NCBI GenBank assembly: GCA_963665125.2
Contig: CAXXUK010000001.1
Location: 3,072,001-3,136,000, forward strand
Direction of reading: 5' to 3'
From: an uncultured Desulfarculus sp.
GTDB lineage: Bacteria; Desulfobacterota; Desulfarculia; Desulfarculales; Desulfarculaceae
DNA length: 64,000 nucleotides
Part shown: in pieces, positions 38,940-48,019 of the stretch
Position numbering within the stretch: the first letter of the stretch is position 1
How the letters are laid out: every line of letters starts with the position of its first letter
The notes under the pieces: model-generated
What the model was told of the DNA's origin: nothing
What the model saw: the letters and a program-made list of their open reading frames with translations, nothing else
Database searches by the model: none
Position numbers and translations under genes: made by a program

Positions 38940-41552
38940 CTAACGACCCAAAGTCAGCCGGGCCATGTGTTCGGCGGAGAGGAACTCCGACGCCACCCGG
39001 CGCACCTGTTCGGCGGTGACGGCCTTTATCCGCTCCGGCGCGTTCAGGTAATCCTGCCAGCCCAGTCCCATCAGTTCGTCCATGGTCATAACCATGGCCT
39101 GGGCCGAGTAGGTTTGCAGGGATATGGCGCGGCTGCCCAGCAAATAGGCCTTGGCCCGCTCCATCTCCTCCGGTGACAGATCGTCTTTGATGATCCGGTT
39201 GATATGCTCCTCCAGACCGCTGACGGCTTCCTTTTCCTTGCCCGGCCCCACGGCCATGTAAAAGCCGAAGGCCCCCACATGCCAGGCCTCGGTGTAAAAC
39301 GGCTGCACGGCATAGGCCAACGAACGTTCGTCGCGCAGATCGCGGAACAGACGCCCGCCCTGGCCGCCCAGGACGGCTTCCAGGATGTTCAGGGCAAAGC
39401 GTCGGGGATCGGTGGAGTCGGGCGCTATGAAGCCCAGGATGATCTGGGTCTGCTGGACCTTGGGGTCCTTGATTGCGGCCATTTGCGGTTTAGACAGGGG
39501 CGGCACTTGGGACGCATCCACGGCCTGGACCCTGCCGGTCTGGGAGCCCCAAAGCTCTTTGACCCGGTCCAGGGCGGCCTGGGAATCCACATCGCCGACA
39601 ATGGTCAGCACCAGGCCGCCGGGGCCTTGCAGTTTTTCGTGGGTGGCCAGCAGGCTGCGGCGGTTCAACGAGGCCAGGCTTTCGATGGTGCCCAGCATAT
39701 TCATGGCATAAGGATGCTTGCCGTATATAAGCGGCCGGAAGGCGTCGAACGCCCTGATCCAGGGTTTGTCCATCTGGGCCCGCAAAGCGGCGGCCTGTTC
39801 GGCCTTGGCCTTGGTAACCTCGGCCTCGGGGAAATCGGGCTTGAACCAGATTTCGGCCATCAGATCCAGGCCCTTTTGCCAGTCCCGGCTGAGGAAACCG
39901 CCGTTTATTCCGGCGCTGCCCTTGCCTGAAAATCCGCTGATGGACGCGGCCATGTCTTCCAGGGTAGCGCTGATCTCCAAAAAGCTGCGGCCCGCCGCGC
40001 CCCTGGTGATGGTGTTGGACCATAGTTGATAGATACCCGCCGTGGCCGGGGTCTCGGCCGACTGGCCGCCAGGGCCGGCCAGCACGACGCTGACCAGGGG
40101 AACGGCCCTGGCCGGTTTGATGATCACGGTGAGGCCGTTTGGCAAAACGGTCTTGAGGGGCTTGTCCCGGTCCGTGGCGGCCGCTGCGCTGATCTGGGCG
40201 TAGATGTCACCGGCCTTTTGGGCCAGGGCCACCTGGTCCGGCACTTCCGCGTCCTTGGGCACCTGGATGACCATGGTCAGGTTGGCCGGCCGCATGTATT
40301 TTTGGGCGGCTTCAGCCACCTGCCCGGCTCCCACGGCGCTGAAGTCGCGCACATAGTCGGCGGCCTTTTCATACCCGCCGCGCATCATCTCGAAATAACC
40401 AAGGGTGCTGGCCTGTCCGGCCATGGTCTGGCGGTCGCGGATGAACGACGCGGCGAGGTTTACCCTGGCCCTCTGCAATTCGCCGGCCTGGGGCGGCTGG
40501 CTGATCAGGCTCTGGCTCACTTTCAACATCTCGGGCCAGGCGGCTTGGACGTCTTCCGGCTTGAGGCTGGCCTCGGCCGTGAGCAGGCCCACCGTTTGGG
40601 GAGTGTAGGCCGACGACGAAACGCTGTCCGCCAGACCGGCCTTGTATTTAAGTTGCTCGTAAAGGCGGCTGGTTCGGCCGTCTCCCAGCACGGTGGCGGT
40701 CATATCCAGCGGAAAGACCTCGGGCGAGGGCAGCCCCGGTATGACCCAAGCCGCCGCCAAGGCGGCCTGGCGCACATTCTCATGCAGAATCACCAGACGC
40801 GGGCCCTTGCCGGTCTCCACGGGCGGAATTGTGAACACGGGCGGTTTTTGGGCCGACGCCCCGGCAAAGGCCTTTTTGATGCGCGGCAGCATCTCGGCGG
40901 TCTTGAAATCGCCCACCGCCACCACCACCATGCCCGGTCCGCGGTACCACTTGGCCCGGTAGTTGAGAATGTCCTGGCGACTGATGGCCCTGACGGATTT
41001 TTCCGTGCCGATCACCGGGCGGCCGTAGGGGTGGTCCTTGCCGAACGACGCGGCCAGCAGGGCCCTGGTCCTGCGGCGGGACGGATCGTCCTGGTTCATG
41101 CGGATCTCCTCGATGACCACCTCTTTTTCCCTGGCCAACTCCCCGGCGTCAAAGGAGGCGTTGACCACCGCGTCGGCCAGGATGTCCAGGGCCTCTCCGG
41201 AGTTCTGGCTGGCCGTGACCACGTAATAATTGGTGTGATCCAGGGTGGTGTAGGCGTTGACCTGGCCGCCCAGTGCCTCTATCTGGCGGGCCATCTGCCC
41301 GGCGGGCCGGCTGGGCGTGCCCTTGAAGATCATGTGCTCTATGAGGTGGGTGATGCCGTATTCGTGGGACTCTTCGTAGGCCGATCCGGCCCGGACCCAA
41401 ACCTGGACGGCCACCACCGGCGACTCGTGGTTCTCGGCGGTAATCACGGTCATGCCGTTGGGCAGCTTGTGGCGCTGGGGCGCGGCGGCCGCAATGGAAG
41501 CCGTGAGTAAAATCAGCATCAGGGCCAGCAGGGCCGCTTTCACCTTGGGCAT
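38940..41552 (-). CDS. M16 family zinc peptidase (pitrilysin-like, exported)
   Basis: Signal peptide; HLIEHMIFKG (HxxEH), NAYTT, EKEVVIEE, RLFRDLRDERSLAY; ATG 41552 after GGAGG. Confidence 0.94.
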   Translation of the reverse strand: MPKVKAALLALMLILLTASIAAAAPQRHKLPNGMTVITAENHESPVVAVQVWVRAGSAYEESHEYGITHLIEHMIFKGTPSRPAGQMARQIEALGGQVNAYTTLDHTNYYVVTASQNSGEALDILADAVVNASFDAGELAREKEVVIEEIRMNQDDPSRRRTRALLAASFGKDHPYGRPVIGTEKSVRAISRQDILNYRAKWYRGPGMVVVAVGDFKTAEMLPRIKKAFAGASAQKPPVFTIPPVETGKGPRLVILHENVRQAALAAAWVIPGLPSPEVFPLDMTATVLGDGRTSRLYEQLKYKAGLADSVSSSAYTPQTVGLLTAEASLKPEDVQAAWPEMLKVSQSLISQPPQAGELQRARVNLAASFIRDRQTMAGQASTLGYFEMMRGGYEKAADYVRDFSAVGAGQVAEAAQKYMRPANLTMVIQVPKDAEVPDQVALAQKAGDIYAQISAAAATDRDKPLKTVLPNGLTVIIKPARAVPLVSVVLAGPGGQSAETPATAGIYQLWSNTITRGAAGRSFLEISATLEDMAASISGFSGKGSAGINGGFLSRDWQKGLDLMAEIWFKPDFPEAEVTKAKAEQAAALRAQMDKPWIRAFDAFRPLIYGKHPYAMNMLGTIESLASLNRRSLLATHEKLQGPGGLVLTIVGDVDSQAALDRVKELWGSQTGRVQAVDASQVPPLSKPQMAAIKDPKVQQTQIILGFIAPDSTDPRRFALNILEAVLGGQGGRLFRDLRDERSLAYAVQPFYTEAWHVGAFGFYMAVGPGKEKEAVSGLEEHINRIIKDDLSPEEMERAKAYLLGSRAISLQTYSAQAMVMTMDELMGLGWQDYLNAPERIKAVTAEQVRRVASEFLSAEHMARLTLGR

Positions 41553-41714
41553 AATCAAAGTCCTCCGTTGGTCGGGCCGGGCAAACGCCCGCCTTTGTTT
41601 TCTAATAGATTACGGCATAACCGCAGCTAAGCAAGCCAATCCCGCATTGTTAGGTTGACGAAAGCCTGCAAACGGAGCTTACCCCTCAGGCCTTGATTTT
41701 TTATCAGATGCGTT

Positions 41715-41797
41715 AGGGAAAGGTAAGTCCCGGGAAGGGGAGGCTTCCCGGGACTTGGGAGAGGTGGGAAGAAGAAGCGGATTGCTTCTGGCGCTGG
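41715..41797 (-). ncRNA. Candidate sigma54-dependent small RNA
   Basis: CU-rich tract CUUCUUCUUCCCACCUCUCCC, then a perfect 13-bp stem (41725-41756) with a CCUCCC loop and a pyrimidine tail; downstream of a -24/-12 motif; no credible ORF. Confidence 0.6.
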
Positions 41798-41807
41798 TCT
41801 GGGATAC

Positions 41808-41823
41808 TGCAGGGGCCATGCCA
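41808..41823 (-). promoter_or_regulatory. Sigma54 (-24/-12) promoter
   Basis: Minus strand TGGCATGGCCCCTGCA with exact GG-N10-GC spacing. Confidence 0.65.
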
Positions 41824-42034
41824 AAAACGGCCTAATCAAGATAACCATCGGATCTGATTAATTTTCCTTTTCTTTATCAACCATTTTAGTATGTTTTTAT
41901 CTGCGAATTTTTTATGCAGTGGGCACTTTTTGCGCCACCTTTTTTAGCACCCGGTGTTTGGCTGGACCATTTTCGATAGTTCATGGTAAAATTTTTAAGT
42001 AGACATAGATGCAACACCGTGGCGGAGGGTGCTT

Positions 42035-42361
42035 ATGTCGCTGGATTATACTGAAATTTGCATTGGTTCGCCCAATATGGTCATCGATAAGCTTACCAAG
42101 CGGTTAGGCCAATTAAATTTTAGCAGCCGCAACTTACGTATAGGCATCACCGATGATCCGGACTATACGTTCAGGGAAATGGGCGGCCATGCCAACTGGG
42201 CTTTGATGAAACTTTTGTATGTGACCAGATCCTTTGCCAAAGCCCTGGAAATGAGCGATCTGCTACGTTCTTACGACGGTAAACTGTTCGTGAACGACGA
42301 ACAGGCCCAGCAGGCGGGGCCCCATTCAAACACCTATTACGCCTATGCCCTGATCCGTTAG
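42035..42361 (+). CDS. Small hypothetical protein (possible degenerate GIY-YIG-like fold)
   Basis: 108-aa ORF with RBS GGAGG; IGITDDP...W.LMKLLY.T.S...YYAY pattern. Confidence 0.7.
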   Translation: MSLDYTEICIGSPNMVIDKLTKRLGQLNFSSRNLRIGITDDPDYTFREMGGHANWALMKLLYVTRSFAKALEMSDLLRSYDGKLFVNDEQAQQAGPHSNTYYAYALIR

Positions 42362-42702
42362 GCCGCGCCAACCAAACAACTTCCCCAAAAGGAAAAGGCG
42401 TTACTATTTGGCATTTCCCTTTTTATTTTCAGGCAAATACCTAAAAACAGCCCGCATCCGATCGCATCCCGTCCAAACACCGGTTCAATTTTTTGCACCC
42501 ATTGCGGCGAACCATATCCGGCCATTGGGCCAGACCACCGGCTGTTGCCCGGTGACCGGAAAACAATGTATTGCCCAGGCAAAGCCATGGGTTGCCTTTC
42601 GTTCGGCCAAGCGATAGTATTGCTGATCGTCTCCGCCCAAATAATGGACGGACAATTTTTTGTACGCACCCTGCGGCCTCGCCGCGCAAACAGGTATTTG
42701 TC

Positions 42703-43998
42703 ATGTTCTGGAACCAAGAAATCGAAACAATCAGCCGCCCGGACCTGGAAAAACTGCAACTGGAGCGGCTCAACAAAACCATGCTCAACGCGGCGAACTC
42801 ACCCTGCTACCAGCAAAAGTGGGCCGACATGTCCATCAAGCCCGGCGAGATCGTATCGCTGGAGCAACTGCGCGAGGTGCCCTTCACCGAAAAGCAGGAC
42901 CTGCGTAATGGTTTCCCATACGGCAACCTGGCCACGCCCAACAAAGACGTCGTCCGCGTACACGTCAGCAGCGGCACCACCGGCGTGCCCACCGCCGTGT
43001 ACCACACCCAGCAGGACCTGGACAACTGGACCGACCTCGTGGCCCGCTGCCTGTTCATGGTCGGCATGCGGCCCGAAGATATTTTCCAGAACATGATCGG
43101 CTACGGCCTGTTCACCGGCGGCCTGGGCCTGCACTACGGCGCCGAACGCCTGGGAGCCCTGGTCATCCCCTCGGGCGTGGGCAACTCCTCGCGTCAGATC
43201 AGCCTGATCCGCCAGTTCAACGTGACCTCCACCCACGTCATCCCCAGCTACGCTCTGAAGCTGTTGGATTCCTTCCGCGAGGTCAAGATCGACCCCAGGG
43301 ACCTGAGCCTTCGTCTGATGATCATCGGCGCCGAGCCCCACAGCGAAGAGGCCCGCCAGCGCATCGAAGAGGCCTACGGCGTATTCGCGGCCAACTGCTT
43401 CGGCCTGTCCGAAATGAACGGCCCCGGCGTGGCCTTCGAGTGCCCGGAAAAAAGCGGCCTGCACCTGTGGGAAGACAACTACATCATGGAAGTGATCGAC
43501 CCCGACACCCTGGAGCCCGTGCCCGACGGCGAGGTGGGCGAACTGGTGCTGACCACCCTCTGCCGCCAGGCCATGCCCCTGGTCCGCTACCGCACCAGGG
43601 ACCTTACGTCCATCATCCCCGGCCAGTGCGCCTGCGGGCGGACCCATCGCCGCATCGCCCGCATCAGCGGCCGCAGCGATGACATGTTCATCATCAAGGG
43701 CGTCAACGTCTACCCCATGCAGGTGGAATCGGTGCTCATGGGCTTCGAGGACGTGGGCAACAACTACGTCATCGTCCTGACCAACGAAGGCCCCGTGGAC
43801 TACATGACCGTCAAGGTGGAACTGCACGAAAAGAACCGCACCATGAACTCCGAAAACATGGAGCGCCTGGCCCGCCGCCTGGGCCGGGCCCTGCGCGACG
43901 AAGTGCTGGTCAGCGCCAATGTGGAACTGGTTGCCCCGGAAAGCATCCCCACCCCGCCGGGCAAAGCCATTCGCGTGGAAGACAATCGCGATCGCTAG
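42703..43998 (+). CDS. paaK: Phenylacetate-CoA ligase family protein
   Basis: PFTEKQDLR, RVHVSSGTTG, GYGLFTGGLG, FGLSEMNGPGV, PLVRYRTRD, GRSDDMFIIKGVNV. Confidence 0.92.
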   Translation: MFWNQEIETISRPDLEKLQLERLNKTMLNAANSPCYQQKWADMSIKPGEIVSLEQLREVPFTEKQDLRNGFPYGNLATPNKDVVRVHVSSGTTGVPTAVYHTQQDLDNWTDLVARCLFMVGMRPEDIFQNMIGYGLFTGGLGLHYGAERLGALVIPSGVGNSSRQISLIRQFNVTSTHVIPSYALKLLDSFREVKIDPRDLSLRLMIIGAEPHSEEARQRIEEAYGVFAANCFGLSEMNGPGVAFECPEKSGLHLWEDNYIMEVIDPDTLEPVPDGEVGELVLTTLCRQAMPLVRYRTRDLTSIIPGQCACGRTHRRIARISGRSDDMFIIKGVNVYPMQVESVLMGFEDVGNNYVIVLTNEGPVDYMTVKVELHEKNRTMNSENMERLARRLGRALRDEVLVSANVELVAPESIPTPPGKAIRVEDNRDR

Positions 43999-44010
43999 GA
44001 ATTCCGGGTA

Positions 44011-44300
44011 CCTTTTTTGAAAAAAAGTTCCCCGCGCCCCTCAAAAAACTTTGCGCGAAGCCTTTCTGCCTGCGGCTGAAAGGCTTCGCGGCGTTTGGGC
44101 CCCGCACTTGCTCGTGGCTTAGGCTGCTGTTGCCGCGTCAATTGTTTTTGCCTGCGGCAAAAACAATTGACGCCGTAACGGGCAAACCACCCATCGCTCC
44201 CCGAAAAAAACGACCGTTTATTGATTTGCGGCGAAGCGGCAAATCAATAAACGGCAAAGTTTTTGGGGGGTGTGGGGGGCTTTTTTCAAAAAGCCCCCCA
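44011..44300. mobile_element. REPIN/MITE-like multi-palindrome element
   Basis: Imperfect ~40-bp inverted ends enclosing three long palindromes (44054-44090, 44135-44173, 44214-44254) with GCC-TGC-GGC or GC-GAA-GC cores; sits between convergent genes. Confidence 0.7.
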
Positions 44301-44306
44301 CGAATC

Positions 44307-46313
44307 TCAGAACTCAGCGCCGACCTTGAAGCCCTGGGCAATGGCGTCGAGGACTGTGAGGCCGCCCGAGGCGTCGCCGATGACTTCGACATTCAGGCCC
44401 TTGGCCTTGATGGGATCGGCCAGTTCGTTTACCGGGGCCGCGCCGGCGGCCACGACGACGGTGTCGGCGTCAATGGAGGCGGCTCCGTCGCCGGTCTTGT
44501 AGTTGACCTTGCCGGGCTCGACGCCGGTGACGGTGACGCCGGTCTTGATGCCCAGGCCAAAGGCCTTGACCAGGCCCAGGACGATCCACTTGGTGGAGCG
44601 GCCGATGCCCTTGCCGATCTTGGGCAGCATTTCCACGACGGTGACCTTGTGGGAGCCGGTGACCATCATTTTGGCCACGACGTCAGGGGTCTCACCCCTG
44701 AACAGGGTCAGGTAGTAGGCCTGTTCGGGGGTCAGGGCGCCGCGTTTGGCGATGTTGAGGGCCGTCTCCAGGCCCACGGCGCCGCCGCCGATGACCACGA
44801 CGTTTTCGCCGGTCACCTCGGCCGTGCCCTTGAGCACATCCCAGGCATGGACCACGTTGGAGCTATTGAGACCGGGAATGGGCGGCATGATGGGCTTGGC
44901 GCCGGTGGCAACGACCACCAGGTCGGGGTTGAGACCGGCCACATAGTCGGCGTCGGCGGTTACGCCCAGGCGCACGTCGATTTTCAGTTCCTTGAGATAG
45001 GCCGCCTGCCATTCAACGATGGCCTCGAAGTCGGGTTTTTCCGTGGCGTTCCAATACCAGGAAATCTGCCCGCCGATCTTGTCCGCCGCCTCGATCAGGG
45101 TGACCTTGTGGCCGCGCTCGGCAGCCGTGATGGCAGCCTGGCAACCGGCCGCGCCGCCGCCGATGACCACCATGTGCTTGGCCTGGGCCGCGGGTTGGGG
45201 CTTGCCGTCGGCCTCGTGGCTGGCCCTGGGGTTGATCATGCAGCCGATGGGCTTGAAACTCATGATGGCGTCAAAGCAGCCCTGGTTGCAGCCCACGCAG
45301 CGTTTGATCAGCTCCGGGCGTCCGCCCTTGGCCTTGTTGGCCAGCTCCGGATCGGCGATGAAGGGGCGGCCCATGCAGATCAGGTCGGCGTCACCCCGAG
45401 CCAGGATGGCCTCGGCCAGGTCCGGATTGTGGACGCGGTTGCTGCAAGCCACCGGGATGGTGACGTTGTGCTTGATGCCCCGGGACAGGTAGGCGAAACC
45501 GCCGGCGGGCAGCTCGTGGGTGAGCTGGGGCACCTTGGTCTCGTGCCAGCCTCCGGTGACGTTGATCATGTCGGCCCCGGCGTCCTGCATGGCCTTGGCG
45601 AAGATGGCCGCTTCCTGGTTGGTGTGGCTGCCGGGCACGAAGTCGTTGCCGGCCACGCGGACATTGATGCAGAAGTCCGGGCCCACGGCGGCGCGGCATT
45701 TCTGCATGACCTCGATGCCGAAACGCATGCGATTTTCCAGTTCGCCGCCGTATCCATCGGTGCGTTTGTTGATCTTGGGGCTGAGGAACTGGCTGATCAG
45801 ATAACCGGCCGAGGCCAGGATCTCCACCATGTCCATGCCAGCTTCCCTGGCACGCAGGGTGGCCTGGACAAAGTCGTCCTGGACCTGGGCGATGTCCTCC
45901 AGAGTCATTTCACGGCACTCTTCCTTGGTGAAGTTGGAAAAGTGCGGCGAGCAGCTTATGGCCTGCTGGCCGATGGCCAGGGAATGGGCATAGGCCCCGG
46001 CCATGTAGAGCTGTACGGCGGCCTTGGCCCCGGCGTCCTGGATGGACTTGGCCAGGCGGTTCAGGCCGGGGATGTCCTCGTCCTTCATGATGTTGACCAT
46101 GAAGGGTCCGCCGCTCTTGTCGTTGATCACGCAGCCGCCGACAATGCAAATGCCAGCGCCGCCCTCGGCGCGCTCCCGGTAAAATGCCACGAGTTGGTCA
46201 TTCACCGCGCCGTCGGGCGTGTAATTCAGGTGCATGGCCGGCATGACGATCCGGTTGCGCATCTCCATTTTGTTGATGGTAATGGGTTCAAACAACAAAG
46301 GATAATAGCTCAT
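44307..46313 (-). CDS. NADH:flavin oxidoreductase / 2,4-dienoyl-CoA reductase (FadH-like)
   Basis: RNRIVMPAMH, AGYLISQFLSP..NKRTDGYGG, GWHE, MGRPFIADP, CVGCNQGC...C..NP, two GGGxxG motifs. Confidence 0.92.
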   Translation of the reverse strand: MSYYPLLFEPITINKMEMRNRIVMPAMHLNYTPDGAVNDQLVAFYRERAEGGAGICIVGGCVINDKSGGPFMVNIMKDEDIPGLNRLAKSIQDAGAKAAVQLYMAGAYAHSLAIGQQAISCSPHFSNFTKEECREMTLEDIAQVQDDFVQATLRAREAGMDMVEILASAGYLISQFLSPKINKRTDGYGGELENRMRFGIEVMQKCRAAVGPDFCINVRVAGNDFVPGSHTNQEAAIFAKAMQDAGADMINVTGGWHETKVPQLTHELPAGGFAYLSRGIKHNVTIPVACSNRVHNPDLAEAILARGDADLICMGRPFIADPELANKAKGGRPELIKRCVGCNQGCFDAIMSFKPIGCMINPRASHEADGKPQPAAQAKHMVVIGGGAAGCQAAITAAERGHKVTLIEAADKIGGQISWYWNATEKPDFEAIVEWQAAYLKELKIDVRLGVTADADYVAGLNPDLVVVATGAKPIMPPIPGLNSSNVVHAWDVLKGTAEVTGENVVVIGGGAVGLETALNIAKRGALTPEQAYYLTLFRGETPDVVAKMMVTGSHKVTVVEMLPKIGKGIGRSTKWIVLGLVKAFGLGIKTGVTVTGVEPGKVNYKTGDGAASIDADTVVVAAGAAPVNELADPIKAKGLNVEVIGDASGGLTVLDAIAQGFKVGAEF

Positions 46314-46364
46314 GGAACACTCCACCTGCGATTAGAAATTGCTCCTGGGGTAACTACTTGATAA

Positions 46365-46380
46365 CTGAATAGCCGTTCAG
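46365..46380. promoter_or_regulatory. Inverted repeat, possible TetR/FadR-type operator
   Basis: CTGAA-TAGCCG-TTCAG about 50 bp upstream of the fadH-like start. Confidence 0.4.
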
Positions 46381-46466
46381 GTTCAACTTAAAAAAGAAGT
46401 GGCATTATTTTTTGTAAACGGCGTTCCGCCCAAAATTACCAAGGATATAGCCAGTTTTTAAACCGG

Positions 46467-47885
46467 CTATATTTTTCTGGACCACAGAACATAGTCTTTG
46501 ACAAATCCCTGGCCTATCAGACGGTCAGCCTCCTTCACGGCGTCGGCCTTGGTCAGATAGGGGCCCAACAGCACCCTGTGCCAGGAACCGAGTTTGGTGC
46601 TCTCCCAACGCTCCAGCCGGCCCTTGTAGCCGCGCTTGTTCCATTCTTTGAGGATCCGCTGGGCCTCGGACTGCTTGCGTAGAGAAGCAACCTGGAGAAA
46701 AAAGCCGTTTTCCGGCAGCTTCAACTTAGGCTTGGCCGTTGTGGGCTTCGGGGCCGGAGTGGCCATGGCGACCACGGTGGCCGTGGCCTTGGCGACAGTC
46801 GTGGGAGCAGGCGTGGGTTTGGTTTTGGCCGGCTGAGGCTTGGGCGTGAATACAGCCTTGGCCGGCTTAGGTTTGGGCGTTGACACCGCCTTGGGCGCGG
46901 GGGTGGGCTTGGCTTTAGGCTTTGGCTTCACGGCTGCGGGGGTGGGCCCGGCGGCCAAACGACTGACAGTCTCGGGGCTGAGCTTTTGCAGGCTGTCCAA
47001 CAGCCGGCGCCTGGTCTCGGGCTCCTGGGGGTTTAGCTCCAAGGCCCGATGCAGGCTGACCACCGCCTCGGCGTGCTTGCCCCTGGCCGCCAGGATTTCG
47101 CCCTGGGTCACCCACAGTGCGGCCCGGTCCGGAGCCAGGGCCACGGCCCGCCGGGCCAGGGATTCGGCCCTAGCCATCTCCTTGCCCCGCTTGGCCAAGA
47201 CCCAGGCCAGATTGTTGAGGACCACGGGGTTTTCACCGTCCATGGCCAAGGCCTGGTGATAAAGGCTTATGGCCTGGTCTTCCCGGCCCAGGGCCAGTTC
47301 GGACGAGGCCTTGTCGCCCAGGACCGCCGGGTTGCGCGGAACCAGTTCCAGGGCCCTGTCAAAATAGGCGATGGCCTGCTGGTGGTTGCCCTTGGCCACC
47401 TCGCACAGACCCAACATATGCAGGCTGGTCACCGCGTCCGGATTCAACTCCAGGTCTTTTTTCAACAATGGTTCGGCCTGATCGTAACGGCCTTGCAGGA
47501 AAAACGCTTTACCTTCCTGACCAAAGCTTTTGCTGCTCAGTTGCACCATGGCCCAACCGTCGCTCAGCTCAAAAGGTCCGCTTGCCTGGCCCATTTCCAG
47601 CCCGGCGGTTTGGGCCAACACCTTGGGGTCGATCTTGGAGCGTTCCAGGCAGATGAAGGACATGCGCATGGCCTGCGGATTGGCCTTTGCCTGTTCCGCG
47701 GCCCGGTCCACGAAATTTTGCCCCTCCGGCAGGTTGCCCGGCTTGAGCGGCTCCAATAGGGCGGCATCCCCGGACCAGACCATGCGCAGACACATCTGCG
47801 GTTCGGCCGCGCCGGCGGCCCCCGGCGCCGTCAACCAGACCACGGCAAGCCACAGTAATAAAAACCTTGTGATCGCATCCTTCAT
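46467..47885 (-). CDS. Exported TPR + SPOR domain protein
   Basis: Signal peptide; TPRs (LNNLAWVLA), Pro/Lys/Thr linker, SPOR FFLQVASL...WHRVLLGPY. Confidence 0.88.
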   Translation of the reverse strand: MKDAITRFLLLWLAVVWLTAPGAAGAAEPQMCLRMVWSGDAALLEPLKPGNLPEGQNFVDRAAEQAKANPQAMRMSFICLERSKIDPKVLAQTAGLEMGQASGPFELSDGWAMVQLSSKSFGQEGKAFFLQGRYDQAEPLLKKDLELNPDAVTSLHMLGLCEVAKGNHQQAIAYFDRALELVPRNPAVLGDKASSELALGREDQAISLYHQALAMDGENPVVLNNLAWVLAKRGKEMARAESLARRAVALAPDRAALWVTQGEILAARGKHAEAVVSLHRALELNPQEPETRRRLLDSLQKLSPETVSRLAAGPTPAAVKPKPKAKPTPAPKAVSTPKPKPAKAVFTPKPQPAKTKPTPAPTTVAKATATVVAMATPAPKPTTAKPKLKLPENGFFLQVASLRKQSEAQRILKEWNKRGYKGRLERWESTKLGSWHRVLLGPYLTKADAVKEADRLIGQGFVKDYVLWSRKI

Positions 47886-48019
47886 GCAGTGATTATAGGC
47901 TTAGCACTCGAACCATGCAATTGCGCTGAACAACAGATACAATATCAATTTAGTTGCATTTGTCGCGACCGATGCTATGCTGTCTTTGCCGCACCGTTCA
48001 ACGGAAAGACGAGAATACC

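Noticed and set aside
44130..46361. 743-aa plus-strand ORF
   Set aside because: Antisense to the FadH-like gene and starts inside a repeat element.
46720..46945. Repetitive Pro/Lys/Ala-coding DNA
   Set aside because: Low-complexity linker of the TPR-SPOR protein, not an independent repeat element.
47901..47927. TTAGCACTC, a perfect CIRCE left arm
   Set aside because: The right arm after N9 (AATTGCGCT) does not match GAGTGCTAA, so it is only a half-site.
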